Shown here in pieces: positions 12,582 to 26,466 of a DNA stretch of 64,000 nucleotides (positions are counted from its first letter, which is position 1; each line of letters begins with the position of its first letter). The notes beneath the pieces were generated by a model. That model did not search any database. It saw nothing but the letters and a program-made list of their open reading frames with translations, and had not been told where the DNA came from. The stretch comes from Octopus sinensis (lineage: Eukaryota), in assembly GCF_006345805.1 (NCBI RefSeq), contig NC_042997.1, positions 92,504,001-92,568,000 on the forward strand. Direction: 5' to 3'. Position numbers and translations under genes: made by a program.

Positions 12582-12920
12582 AGCTGGCAGAAACGTTAGC
12601 ACGCGGGGCGAAATGCTTAGCGGTATTTCGTCTGCCGCTACGTTCTGAGTTCAAATTCCGCCGAGGTCGACTTTGCCGTTCATCCTTTCGGGGTCGGTTA
12701 AATAAGTACCAGTTACGCACTGGGGTCGATATAATCGACTTAATCCGTTTGTCTGTCCTTGTTTGTCCCCTCTGTGTTTAGCCCTTGTGGGTAGTAAAGA
12801 AATAAGTATTTCGTCTGTCTTTACGTTCCGAGTTCAAATACCGCCGAGGTCGACTTTGCCTTTCATCCTTTCGGGATCGATAAATTAAGTACGAGTTGCA
12901 TACTGCAGTCGATCTAATCA
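12582..12920 (+). mobile_element. tRNA-derived SINE family A with internal tandem copy
   Basis: Head gctggcagaaacgttagcacg...gagttcaaattcc and tail gtgggtagtaaagaaat, then the sequence restarts at tatttcgtctg (12807). Confidence 0.85.
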
Positions 12921-12924
12921 CAAC

Positions 12925-13206
12925 TGGGTCGTTAACTGAAAGAACAGATGGAAGTTGACTCGGACCTTTTTTCGAAGGTCATCACTGGTGACGAAAGCTG
13001 GTGCTACGGAATTTGCAGATACGGAAGAGGTGACGAAAACAATGACGGAGGCTTTGAAAGGCACCACTTCGGACAGTGGAAAACGCGTGTGGATCGATGC
13101 ATTGCTTCAAATGGTGAATCCTTTGAAGGCGATAAAAGTGTAAACATGTAAAACTAAGTGAATAAAATAATATTGCAAAATTTTGGTTTCTTTTGGGTAC
13201 TCCCTC

Positions 13207-13208
<2 letters not shown>
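12925..13208 (+). mobile_element. Internally deleted mariner transposon (3' part and right TIR)
   Basis: LFSKVITGDESWCYG (first catalytic D) is joined to QWKTRVDRCIASNGESFEGDK. The element ends ...gggtactccctcg|TA. Confidence 0.8.
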
Positions 13209-13283
<75 letters not shown>

Positions 13284-13456
13284 TAATTAGCTGCTGGGGT
13301 AGTATTTACTACTGGGGTAGTATTTACATCCGGGTTTAGCGCGCGAGAATGAGGATATTTGAACGTAACTGCAGATATAATCGGCTGTGACATTCGCCTT
13401 TGTTCGGCTTCGTGTGAATGTTGGCGTTCGACTCAGCAAATTATATTTTTTGATAT

Positions 13457-13532
13457 ACTCTACTGAAGATCCGAAAATGATTATGTAAGTAAAATTACAC
13501 AATCTATTAACGGTGAAACAATTGTATAGAGT
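13457..13532 (+). ncRNA. Intact PLE-type hammerhead ribozyme motif
   Basis: Reads ACUCUA CUGAAGA U CCG...CGG U GAAAC AAUU GUA^ UAGAGU: perfect 6-bp stem I, canonical core, palindromic stem III. Confidence 0.8.
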
Positions 13533-13685
13533 TAATCTATTTTTTCGTTATTTTTCATTTGTCCTGCTCGCTTACATTCTTGGCGCGTTGAACTAATTCT
13601 TGAGAACAATTCTTTAGTGGTAGATTCCCTTCGTGGATCTATATCTAGCGTTAGAGTGACTACATGTGGACTCTCTTTCATTACT

Positions 13686-13755
<70 letters not shown>

Positions 13756-13759
13756 CACA

Positions 13760-13925
13760 CACACAACAGCCTTCTTTCAGTTTCCGTCAGACAAATACAC
13801 CCAAAAGGCATTGGTTGACCCGTGGCTGTAGTAGAAGACACTTGCCCAGGGTGCCACACTGTGGGACTGAACCTGGTACCATGTGGTTCGGGAGCAAACT
13901 TCTGACCAAACAACCACGCCTCCGC
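13760..13925 (-). mobile_element. SINE family B (5' half)
   Basis: Reverse complement of the family B head and body. Confidence 0.75.
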
Positions 13926-13928
13926 CTA

Positions 13929-13961
<33 letters not shown>

Positions 13962-13964
13962 ATG

Positions 13965-14019
<55 letters not shown>

Positions 14020-14077
14020 GAGTGTGTGTGTGTGTATGTATATATGTATAATAATAATGAATATGTATATATTCTAG

Positions 14078-14430
14078 GCGCAGGAGTGGCTGTGTGGATA
14101 GTAGCTTACTTACCAACCACATAGTTCTTGACTCAGTCTCACTGCGTGGCATCTTGGGCAAGTGTCTTCTGTTGTAGCCTCGGGCCGAACAAAACCTTCT
14201 GAGTGGATTTAGTAGAGAGAAGCTGTGTGTCTATATTTGTCCCCCACCACCATCGCTCGACAACCGATGTTGGTGTATTTACGTCCCCGTAACTTAGCAG
14301 TTCGGCAAAATGGGCCGATAGAATAAGTACTAGGCTTACAGGTAATGATTTTTGGGGTAGATTTGTTAGATTAAAGGCGGTGCTACAGCATGGCCACAGT
14401 CAATTGATTGAAACGAGTAAAAGAATAAAA
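14078..14430 (+). mobile_element. SINE family B, complete
   Basis: gcaggagtggctgtgtgg... through ...gaaacgagtaaaagaata. Confidence 0.8.
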
Positions 14431-14453
14431 GAACATATATATAATAGTTATTA

Positions 14454-14644
14454 TTTCTACTCTAGGCACAAGGCCTTGAAAATGCTGTGGGAAGGGGGCT
14501 AGGCGATTATATGAACTCCAATGCGTAACTGGTACTTATTTCATCAACCTCGTAAGGATGAAAAGCAAAGTCAACCCCCGTGGAATTTGAACTCAGAGCG
14601 TAGGATTCCCTCCGGCGTGCTAACGATTCTGCCAGCTCTCCGCC
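14454..14644 (-). mobile_element. SINE family A, alternative tail (ccttgtgcctagagtagaaa)
   Basis: Family A head on the minus strand; same tail type as 51863. Confidence 0.75.
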
Positions 14645-14645
14645 T

Positions 14646-14701
<56 letters not shown>

Positions 14702-14707
14702 GTAGTA

Positions 14708-14743
<36 letters not shown>

Positions 14744-14757
14744 TAATAATAATAATA

Positions 14758-16360
14758 AGTGTGCTAAAGCAACTTTTGTAAGAGGCAAGCTCAGGCAAAC
14801 AGCTTCTGTTAAATTAGATATTGGCACTACCATCAAGGAACTTGACCCACAAGAAAGTTACAAATACCTAGGAATCAACGAAGGAGATGGTATACATCAT
14901 GCTACTATGAAGGAAAAAATAAGAAAGGAATACTATAGGAGAATAAGGCTTGTACTGAAGACTGAACTCAACTCCAAAAATTGCATTGAGGCCATTAACA
15001 CCCTGGCGCTTCCAGTAGTCCAGTACAGTTTTAACATCATTAACTGGAACCTTACGGAACTCCAACGCTTGGACAGGAAGACAAGAAAATTACTGACATC
15101 CAAGAGCATGCACCACCCTAAGGCAGATGTAGACCGCTGTACCTACCTAGAAGCAGCGGGAGGAGAGGAATGATGCAATTAGAGCTGTGCTATAAGACCT
15201 CTACTGTAGGAATGAACAGGTACCTATCTAGTACAAAGGACTGGATGCTGCGACTTGTTTGCGAACACGAAAGCAGCAAAAAGCTGCATTCTATTGTCAA
15301 GGAAGCCTATAAGTTCGAAAGGGAACTAGACATTAACCTTGAATCAGATGAAGAGCCAGAAACCACTGCTACCAAGCAAGCAAAGCGAATCAAGCAGACT
15401 GCAAAAAAGAACGGGCAGAATCAAATTGAGAGGCGGTGGAGCCAGAAGCCCCTGCATGGACAATATATTCTCCGAAGCCAAAATGCTGATGTAGACCAAG
15501 CAACAACCCAGAACAACCCAGAACTGAAGAGTTCTGGATTGAAAGCAGAGACTGAAGGCTTCATAATGGCAGCACAAGATCAAAGCTTGTTTACCAGAAA
15601 TTACTAGGCTAACGTTCTCCGAAACGGTACTGACCCTAAATGCAGATTCTGCGACACATTTGACGAAACGATAGACCATCTCGTTTCGGGATGTCCTGTG
15701 CTGACACCAAACGAATACAAAAATCGTCACGATAGGGTAGGACAGTATATACATTGGAAGATATGTAAATACTACAAATTCGACACTCCTGCTAACTGGT
15801 ATGAACACCATCCTCAGCCAGTTGTTGAAGGTAAGGATGTCACCATCCTCTGGGATTTTCCAGTCAACACTGACAGAACGATCAAGGCTAATCGACCAGA
15901 CATAATTGTTAAAGACAGGGAAGAAAATACCTGCAGACTAATAGAGGTAAGCGTCCCCACTGATAAAAATGTATCTGTAAAGGAATTTGACAAACTTAGT
16001 AAATATAAGGACCTGGAAATCGAAATACAAAAGATGTGGAATCTTAAAACAAAAACTGTTCCTGTTATCGTAGGTGCCCTAGGTATGATAAAAAAGGGAT
16101 GTCAGAAACACCTAGACAATATCCCTGGAGAACCATGTCTCAAGGAAATCCAAAAGATTGTGCTAACAAGTACTGCCCACATCCTTAGAAAAACCCTATC
16201 AATGTAAATGTTTGTGTTTGTATTACATGGAGATAGTTCTCTACTTCCCCTCCCCAAGCTTTCAGCTATATTTCAACAACTCTTAACCTTCACTTGCCCT
16301 GTGGCGCTGGGTGTGCCCCGGCAAGTGATTGCATCAAACATGCAGATTAAAAGTAAATGA
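14758..16360 (+). mobile_element. R4/Dong-type RLE non-LTR retrotransposon, family 1, 5'-truncated and frameshifted
   Basis: Post-RT region, CRFCDTFDETIDHLVSGC zinc knuckle, RHD and RPDIIV...IEVSVP...KLSKY RLE motifs; (AAT)n on both sides. Confidence 0.9.
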
Positions 16361-16365
16361 CAATG

Positions 16366-17726
<1,361 letters not shown>

Positions 17727-17758
<32 letters not shown>

Positions 17759-17823
17759 TAATAATAATAATAATAATAGTAATACTAATAATAATGATAA
17801 TAATGATAATAACAATAATAATA

Positions 17824-17854
<31 letters not shown>

Positions 17855-17879
17855 AACAATAATAATAATAATAATAATG

Positions 17880-17912
<33 letters not shown>

Positions 17913-18020
17913 TAATAATAATGATAATAATGATAATACAATAATAATAATAATGATAATAATGATAATAACAATAATAATAATAATAATAATAATATAA
18001 TAATAATAATAATAATGATG

Positions 18021-18068
<48 letters not shown>

Positions 18069-18117
18069 TAATAATGATAATAACAATAATAATAATAATG
18101 ATAATAATGATAATAAC

Positions 18118-18180
<63 letters not shown>

Positions 18181-18195
18181 TAATAATAATAATAA
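17727..18195 (+). repeat. Long imperfect (AAT)n tract
   Basis: Direct reading. Confidence 0.95.
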
Positions 18196-20645
18196 AGGCA
18201 CTAAGAAAGGCACTCACGAAGGCCCATAATTGGAAATCCCCCGGTAAAGATAGGGTGCCGAATTTCTGGCTCGCATCGCTCCCATGCGCACACGGCAAGC
18301 TAGTTCAGCTGCTCAATGGAATTATGAGAGACCCAAAGAAAACACCTGAATGGTTAGCAAGTGGCATTACTTACCTACTCCCAAAGAATAACGAAACCAA
18401 CCTTCCAAAAAACTATCGGCCTATAACCTGTCTATCCACCACGTATAAAATCCTAACATCTATCCTGGCGGAGAAAACATATGCATTCATGGAGAAGAAC
18501 GATATTTTCCCCATTGAACAAAAAGGGTGCCGCCGAGGCTCTTACGGATGCAAAGATCAACTGCTAATCAATCGTATGATCCTTGAGAACTGTCACAACA
18601 AACGCAGAAATCTCAGCACCGCATGGATTGACTATAAAAAGGCCTTCGACAGTATACCGCATCCATGGATCTTGAGATCGCTGGACATCTTCAAAATTTC
18701 CCCTGTGATTTCAAACTTCCTGAAGCACAATATGTCGTTGTGGAATACGAATCTCCAATTATACCACTCTAATGGAATACTTGCCTCAGAAAATATAAAC
18801 ATCAACTGTGGAATTTTTCAAGGTGACTCACTTTCACCTTTAATATTCTGCATAGCCCTAATACCCCTAACAAGTGAATTAAACAGAACAGGGTATGGGT
18901 GTAAAATTGCCAATAAAAAGATAAGCCATCTATTTTATATGGATGACTTAAAACTTTATGGTAAAGACAATAATGAACTTGAAGGCCTATTGCGCACCGT
19001 GAAAGCATTCAGCGATGACATCGGGATGGAGTTTGGACTTGAGAAGTGTGCCAAGGCCACTTTCCAGAAAGGGAAAGTGAAGACCACAAATTCAGTCGTG
19101 TTAGATGTTGACACAGTCATAAGAGAGCTTGAGCAAGAACAAACATACAAATATTTAGGGATAAATGAAGGCTCTGGTATTCAGCATGCAAGCATGAAAG
19201 AGAAAATCAGGAAGGAATGTTATAGGAGAGTTCGTGCAGTCCTGAAATCTGAACTAAATGCACGTAACAAGGTGTTAGCTATAAATTCCTTAGCAGTTCC
19301 AGTTGTTACTTATAGCTACAATGTGTTGAACTGGAATATGAGTGAAGTAAAGAATATAGATAGGAAAATACGCAAGCTGCTGAGTGCACCACCCAAAGGC
19401 AGACGTAGATCGCCTTTACCAGAGCCCAAGGAGGCCTGATCCAATTTGAACTAGCTTACAAAACAACCACAATTGGACTGGCCAAATATCTCGAAATATC
19501 GAATGACTGGATGCTAAAGCTCGTGGAAAATCACGAGAGACGAAAGAAGCTTCATTCTATCATAAAGGAAAGCAAAAAATTTGCTATTGATCTCGTGCAG
19601 GATACCCAAACTGAACAACCTGAGGGAAGTACGGCAACTATTGTTGCAAAGAAGGTGAAAATGATGGCAATGAAAAAAGCGCACGAGCAATTGGCTGATA
19701 GGTGGGAGGAGAAACCTCTGCACGGCAAATATGTGACCCGCAGCAAACAAGCTGATGTTGACCAGAAGCAAACCCATCAGTGGCTACGGAGCTCAGGGCT
19801 AAAAGCAGAGAGCGAAGGTTTCATCCTGGCTGCTCAAGATCAAAGCCTATTAACTCGGAACTACCAGGCCAATGTGATGAAAAATGGAGCAGACCCAAAA
19901 TGCCGATTCTGCAACGACATGATTGAAACAGTGGACCACCTAATCTCTGGATGTAAAGTCTTAGCACCAGTGGAGTATAAATTTAGACATGACAGAGTTG
20001 GCCAATATCTCCACTGGCTAATAAGTCGGCATTACAATATCAAAACTGCCGACAAGTGGTATAATCACCACCCTGAGGCTGTAACTGAAGGAGAAAATGT
20101 AACCATTCTGTGGGACTTTCCAGTACATACAGACCGAACCATCAAGGCCAATAAACCAGATATTGTTGTGAAAGACCAAAACAATAAAGTTTGCTTATTG
20201 ATCGACATGAGCATCCCCTGTGATCATAATATCTCAGCGAAAGAGTTTGACAAGCTCAGAAATATAAAGACCTACTCATTGAAATTGGGAAAATGTGGCA
20301 TCTCAAGGCGGTTACAATACCAGTGATCGTAGGAGCACTAGGAATGATCAAGAAGGGAACCGAAAATTATATGAGAATGATCCCTGGCTTACCATCCCTG
20401 CAAGAAGTACAAAAGATTGTCTTAACTGGTACATCACACGTATTGAGAAGAGCATTGTCGATGTGAGAACTGTTGCTGCTCATGTATTTTAATTTAACTT
20501 TAAAAAAAAAAAATTAAAAAAAAAATGAACGAACTACTGAGTTTGGTTTAATGGCCTACCAATGTATACTATGAGTTTCTTTGCCCTAGGAGTCGGGAAG
20601 ACACTCGGCAAGAAATGATAGCAAATTTGAAAGAAGAAGAAAAAA
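18196..20645 (+). mobile_element. R4/Dong-type RLE retrotransposon, family 3, with RT domain, frameshifted
   Basis: NYRPITCLS, WIDYKKAFDS, GIFQGDSLSPLIF and FYMDDLKLY (RT); CRFCNDMIETVDHLISGC and KPDIVV (RLE). Frameshifts near 19390 and 20265. Confidence 0.92.
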
Positions 20646-20686
<41 letters not shown>

Positions 20687-20702
20687 TAATAATAATAATA
20701 AT

Positions 20703-21260
20703 AAATGCCCTGATGCAGTACCAGGCAGTGGCTCTCATGGCTTCTGATCTTAACTGATTGGAAGTGTTATCATGTACATTGTTTTGTCTTGGTATAAAAG
20801 ATGGGCTACAGCAAATATTCTGCTCAATACCACAGATTTGCTTGTCAGTTGTTTGACCGTAACCAGTTGAGCATGTCCCTTAGTGGCTGACGATATGTGC
20901 ATCTCTGATCACGAGCAGAAGTAGTGGGGGAGCATCATAGCCATGTGTTGAGAAGGATTCTTTGGGGTTTGAATAATTCACCTCTGGAAACATGGGTTTT
21001 TCGTTCAACGTCCTTAAACAACCCTTATTCAGGGACCTTTTGAGCAGGATGGGTTACTCGATCTGAAGAAAATTCTAACTGGGCTCCAGCTGCAAGGTCA
21101 TGTGCTGTTTATCTTGATATGAGATCACCATGTCGCGCACATATGGTTGTGATGCATGTGCCTAGTGTACCCTTATCAGACGGGTAGTCATGATGGGTAT
21201 ACTGGGCTTCGTATATTTTACCCCTGTGTCACTTTGATGGCATGCACTGCTCGCTCACTC
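20703..21260 (+). mobile_element. Element D, full-length non-coding (AAT)n-tailed retroposon
   Basis: aaatgccctgatgcagtacc...ctgctcgctcactc followed by (AAT)n; three copies in the window. Confidence 0.85.
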
Positions 21261-21282
21261 AATAATAATAATAATATAATAA

Positions 21283-21797
21283 GATCTTAACTGATTGGAA
21301 GTGTTATCATGTACATTGTTTTGTCTTGGTATAAAAGATGGGCTACAGCAAATATTCTGCTCAATACCACAGATTTGCTTGTCAGTTGTTTGACTTTAAC
21401 CAGTTGAGCATGTCCCTTAGTGGCTGACGATATGTGCATCTCTGATCACGAGCAGAAGTAGTGGGGGAGCATCATAGCCATGTGTTGAGAGGGATTCTTT
21501 GGAGTTTGAATAGTTCACCTCTGGAAACATGGGTGGTTCTTTCAACATCCTTAAACAACCCTTATTCAGGGACCGTTTGAGCGGGATGGGCTACTCAACC
21601 TGAAGAAAATTCTAACTGGGCCCCACCTGCAAGGTCATGTGCTGTTTATCTTGATATGAGATCACCATGTCGCGCACATATGGTTGTAATGCATGTGCCC
21701 GGTGTACCTTTATCAGACGGGTAGTCATGATGGGTATATTGGGCTTCGTATATTTTACCCCAGTGTCACTTTGATGGCATGCTCTGCTCGCTCACTC
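21283..21797 (+). mobile_element. Element D, 5'-truncated copy
   Basis: Shares diagnostic bases (gggtggttctttcaacatcc, gggccccacc) with the 5013 copy rather than with the adjacent copy. Confidence 0.85.
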
Positions 21798-21825
21798 AAT
21801 AATAATAATAATAATAATGATAATA

Positions 21826-21856
<31 letters not shown>

Positions 21857-21916
21857 CACTCAGCGAGAAACGGAAGAAAATTTGAAGAAAGAAGGACTAC
21901 TACTACTACTACAACA

Positions 21917-21985
<69 letters not shown>

Positions 21986-22126
21986 ATAATAATAATAATA
22001 ATAATAGTAATAATAATAATAAAAACACTCGGCGAGAAACGGAAGAAAATTTGAAGAAAGAAGGAATAGTAATACTAATAATAATAATAATAATAATAAT
22101 AATATATATATATATATATATATATA

Positions 22127-22367
22127 TGTAAATACAATGTGTGACAATTATTCGGTAGCCATGATAAAACTCCGAGTTTCGGATGTCGGGGCGGAAACCC
22201 AGGCCGCCATCTCTTCAGTTGTCGGGTCATCGAAAATAATGCCACGAAAAATCATGTTTTCGATGGCCCGATAACTGAAGAGATGGTGGTGTAGGTTTCC
22301 GCTCCGACATCCGAAACTCGGAGTTTTTATCATGGCTACCGAATAATTGTCACGTATTATATTTACA
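22127..22367. mobile_element. 241-bp palindromic element whose arms are inverted hammerhead-containing pLTR fragments
   Basis: ~110-bp arms around a ~20-nt spacer. HHR motifs at 22163-22223 (minus) and 22270-22331 (plus). Confidence 0.75.
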
Positions 22368-23714
22368 GATAATTTCCTCTATTTACATAATATCGCATCC
22401 TTTCGTTCTTTTGTTATCTTACCATTTCTATCAATATATATATATATATATATATATGTATATGTATATATAATTAAGAAGAAAATAAATGGTAATCAAT
22501 GTTTTGTAGGACATCAGAAAATACTGTAATAATTACATAACAACTGTAGAAATATTATGCAGTTTTGCATGTATTCCGTCAGCAATAAATAGTGTGCTAT
22601 ACTTATTGAGTATAAAATGGTTAATAATTCTTGCAATTTTTACCATACATACCCTATTATATCATGTAATGAGGAAAACATTGTTTTCATTTTATTTATT
22701 TTTACTTTTTGCTATTGCGTCATTGCATTTGCATTATTTAGCAAAGATAGTGAGATCCGCTGATAATATAAATTTTCATGATATTATAATTCTTTTCATT
22801 TTTTCTAAAAGTTAAAGTCTAAAAATATGATGTCATACAATTAAGAATTTAGGTTAAACGATTTCATTTGAAAATTATTTGCTGATACTACAAAATAACT
22901 TTTAAGGTTTTTTCTCATCGTTGATGGATTTCTTCTGCTTATTTAGTAGGTCCTCTTATTCGTTCCTTATATCACGTTGTTTATATGTTGAGTATATTTG
23001 TAGCAATCATTCTTAATTCTCGTCATTTTGTTTGATATATTATCAGTTTTCTTGTCATATATGAATTGTGCTTACTATCAGCTCTAGGAAAATATGGTAA
23101 AATTGGTCACGTGTGCGTGTCTGATCCGGTCGAATGTAAGATTTTCCTTAAAGTAATCTTTTGTTTTTTCAATCTAAAAGAGTTTTTCAACCCAATATTT
23201 ACATGCTATTATTTATAGTTCTATATGCTTCGAGATCCGCGAGCGAAAAATCACTCAAATAGCACGGGTAAAATATGAGGCAAAGAAGAAATAAACGAAC
23301 GAGAAATATCACGCGAAGTCAGAGAAGCTAAAGCAAGTACCAGAAGATCCGAAAAATATAGGTGAAAAGCAACTTTATTCGTGTGACATCAACAACATAC
23401 AATATAATATATTGTATTACGTAAATTTTCATTTCGAATTTTTGCGTAAATTGGCGTTGCAAGTAAGTTGGTACAGAAACAATAGTAACGAATCATTAAA
23501 GATTGTTTAAAGATATGTGAAAGAAATTTCTTAGTCTTCTTATTTGGATTATTTACTCTTCACCGAACCCACTTTACGGTGTGATCGTCGTGAAACTTGG
23601 ATTTTCTACACCCGAGGAATTCCGACATTGGCCTGGAACCCGACAATGTTGGTAGTTCAGTATTCGGGTCGAGTGCTTTTCTGGAAATTGCCTAACTATA
23701 TATCCTACCAGGAC

Positions 23715-23767
<53 letters not shown>

Positions 23768-26466
23768 GATGTAACACTAAGTTGGAGCGCGTTTGAGTTA
23801 AAGAGCAAACATGAAAAGCCCCTATAAAAAATAAAACAAAGGTTGTTTAGACCAAAATTTTATTGGAATATCAAAAAGATTTTCGTGTGTATCCTAATTT
23901 AACCAGCTAAATGGATATACATTAGGGAAACTATTGAACGACTTCTGTAATACCTAAGACATACCTTTAAAGAATGAAAAAAAAAAACTTAAGATAGGAT
24001 TGAAATAGTTTCACACGTTGAAAAACCGTTCAACGCTTTTCAACTACCATAACAAAACAATATATTTTATTACAAATACGTGAGCTGGACAAAGGCAAGT
24101 ATTAGAGCAGCCAACGAAGATTTTCATCTACTAAATGAGTTGCCGCGTTTTCAGAATATCTTGTCAGCTTTACTGATTCCGGAGTTAAGCATTAGATTAG
24201 AAATCGTCTGGTTGGAGAGACATGGTTAGTCTGTATGCAACTTCCTCTATACCCAGTTGCTTAATCCAGTCGATAATTCCGTTTTGTTCCTTCTCTGTGA
24301 TTAGAAATATTTTCTCGAATCGTCCCTCATCATTACTATGTTTCTCTCTAGATATTAACCCGTTACAGTTTAAACAAAATTTAATTGGAGGATTCAAATC
24401 CAGCGATCGTTATCACCTCATTCTATGATAACATGAACAAATTATGGGTTAAACAAACGAGCATAGACTTTTTTCCTTTTTGCTATCAATCATCAAAACT
24501 GAAGAATTTTCGATAATAATCGAAATGATAGCAAATAACATCTGAATTCGTGCCTCATGTCTCTTTGAGAAAAACTCGGGCTTCTTTCCTAGCAAAAATA
24601 AATTTACATAATGCATCTGATTTCATTTAATATAAAATACAAACACTTTCAGTTCACCTAGATATAGAAAATAGGTCCTAAATGTATTGTTTATCTTACT
24701 TTGCATATATTTCAAGTGAACTGGAGTTATATTCAGATATGTTTTTCATCTCTGGTCTATTTAACTCCTTGAAACCTTGGTTTTAGGACCTTGAAAACAC
24801 ATTTGGCTACACATCATGGTTCATTACCATATAATTTCAATTAGAACGTCGGATGAAATACTTTGTAGGAATTTTTCTGTTCTGAGTTCAGTTCTACTGG
24901 AAATTTCATTTATATTTTATCCACCCCTCAATCTGTTCATATTTGTACATGCAGCATAAGTAAATATTAGAAAACACGAATAATGTCCTTTTTCCATCAG
25001 ATCCATCCAGGAGACTTGCTTTCCTTAGGCTGTTAAGAGAAGATTATTACATGATGCTAAGGCTTGTTTATTGGCTTCGTTTTAAAGTAATTAGTCAATG
25101 TAAAAGTGACAATATCCATGATATTTGAAGGCCTTCCTAGACTAATGAAGTTGATGTGGCGGATGTCAAGTTTAAATTTACATATCACAAGGCTGTAAAG
25201 AAAACGAAGAAAGTGAATGAAGTCTGGGAAGCCCCAGAAAAGTATTTAATGTGACATCTGCAAATAAAAAAACCTCAGTAGAAATGACAAGAAAAGGTGT
25301 GCGCATTAAGTGGTATAGGGGTGAAGGGTTAAGCTCCTGGCACTGCATGTCATCTCTCTTGGGAATATCAATAAAATGATACTTCATGGTGTATTCACAA
25401 AATGTACCCAGTGAAATACAACAGAATACAGTAACAAAATATTGTTTCCTTTACTTAAAACAATAATATCAGGTCTTCGGCGATTACTATTACTTAACAT
25501 TTTTGGATGTTGAAGGTGGTAGAGTGGCAGAGACGATAGAATGTGAAGCTAAATACTTTGCAGTACCTAGTTATGTCTCTTTATCCTTGACTTTATCACT
25601 TTCATAGTCAATGAAACAACGCAAAAAAATAAATAAATAAAATGGCGTATTTGAACCTATTTGAACTTACCGTTTTCTGAGTATTCGTTACCTTTTGCCT
25701 ATGTGAAAAATTATCATGCTCTTAATCTTTCTTCTTCGCTTCTTCCTTCCTTTCTTCTAGCAGCAGTACCCCTTCATCGTCATCATCATCATCATCATCA
25801 TAATCAAGACTTTGCATGTATATCCTAAAATAATTTGCATCGTTAGCCATGATCAACGTAGGCGATCATCATCATCATCATCATCGTTGTCATTACCATC
25901 ATCATTCTTATTATCCTCAGTATTCCCCCCTCCTCCTCCTCCTCATCATCATCATCATCGTCATCATCATCAACATCATCTCACATTATCTCACACAATA
26001 TCATCAGTGGCGTTATCCTCAATTTAATATGTAATGTTCCATCCTCGCCTGCCTGCCAGCATTTCATAGCCATCACACTTGAAATACGTAGACAACTGGT
26101 AGGCATTTTCAAGTCAAACATCGTTAATTTTCTGCACTTAATAACCAAACGCATACAACTAATAATATTCCTGGTCTTAACTGTGGTCCCAAACCTATAA
26201 CTGCAGTGAGATTGTTAGTTCTTGATAAAATGCGACCACGGTGCAGTTTCATTTCTCGGTCGTAGCAATTTTCAGTTTTTGCTGCTAATGCTTTATACGT
26301 TATTTTTCTATTCTTCCTTGACTATCGAGCATTGCCTGCGTCTCAGAAAAAGAGAGGCAGATGTAGTTATACTAAAATAAACTCGTGGCAAGCTTACACT
26401 GAGACAAATTCTATTCCAATTTACATTCATTTAAGCCGTTAACGAAAGCCATAACAGCTCAATATT

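Noticed and set aside
20703-20790. HDV-like or hammerhead ribozyme at the 5' end of element D
   Set aside because: Only a simple hairpin (tgcc(c)tg/caggca) was found, and I could not build the nested pseudoknot or a GAAA core.
24197-24410. ~70-codon minus ORF (NPPIKFCLNC...)
   Set aside because: No recognisable homology or convincing splice sites; the length is compatible with chance.
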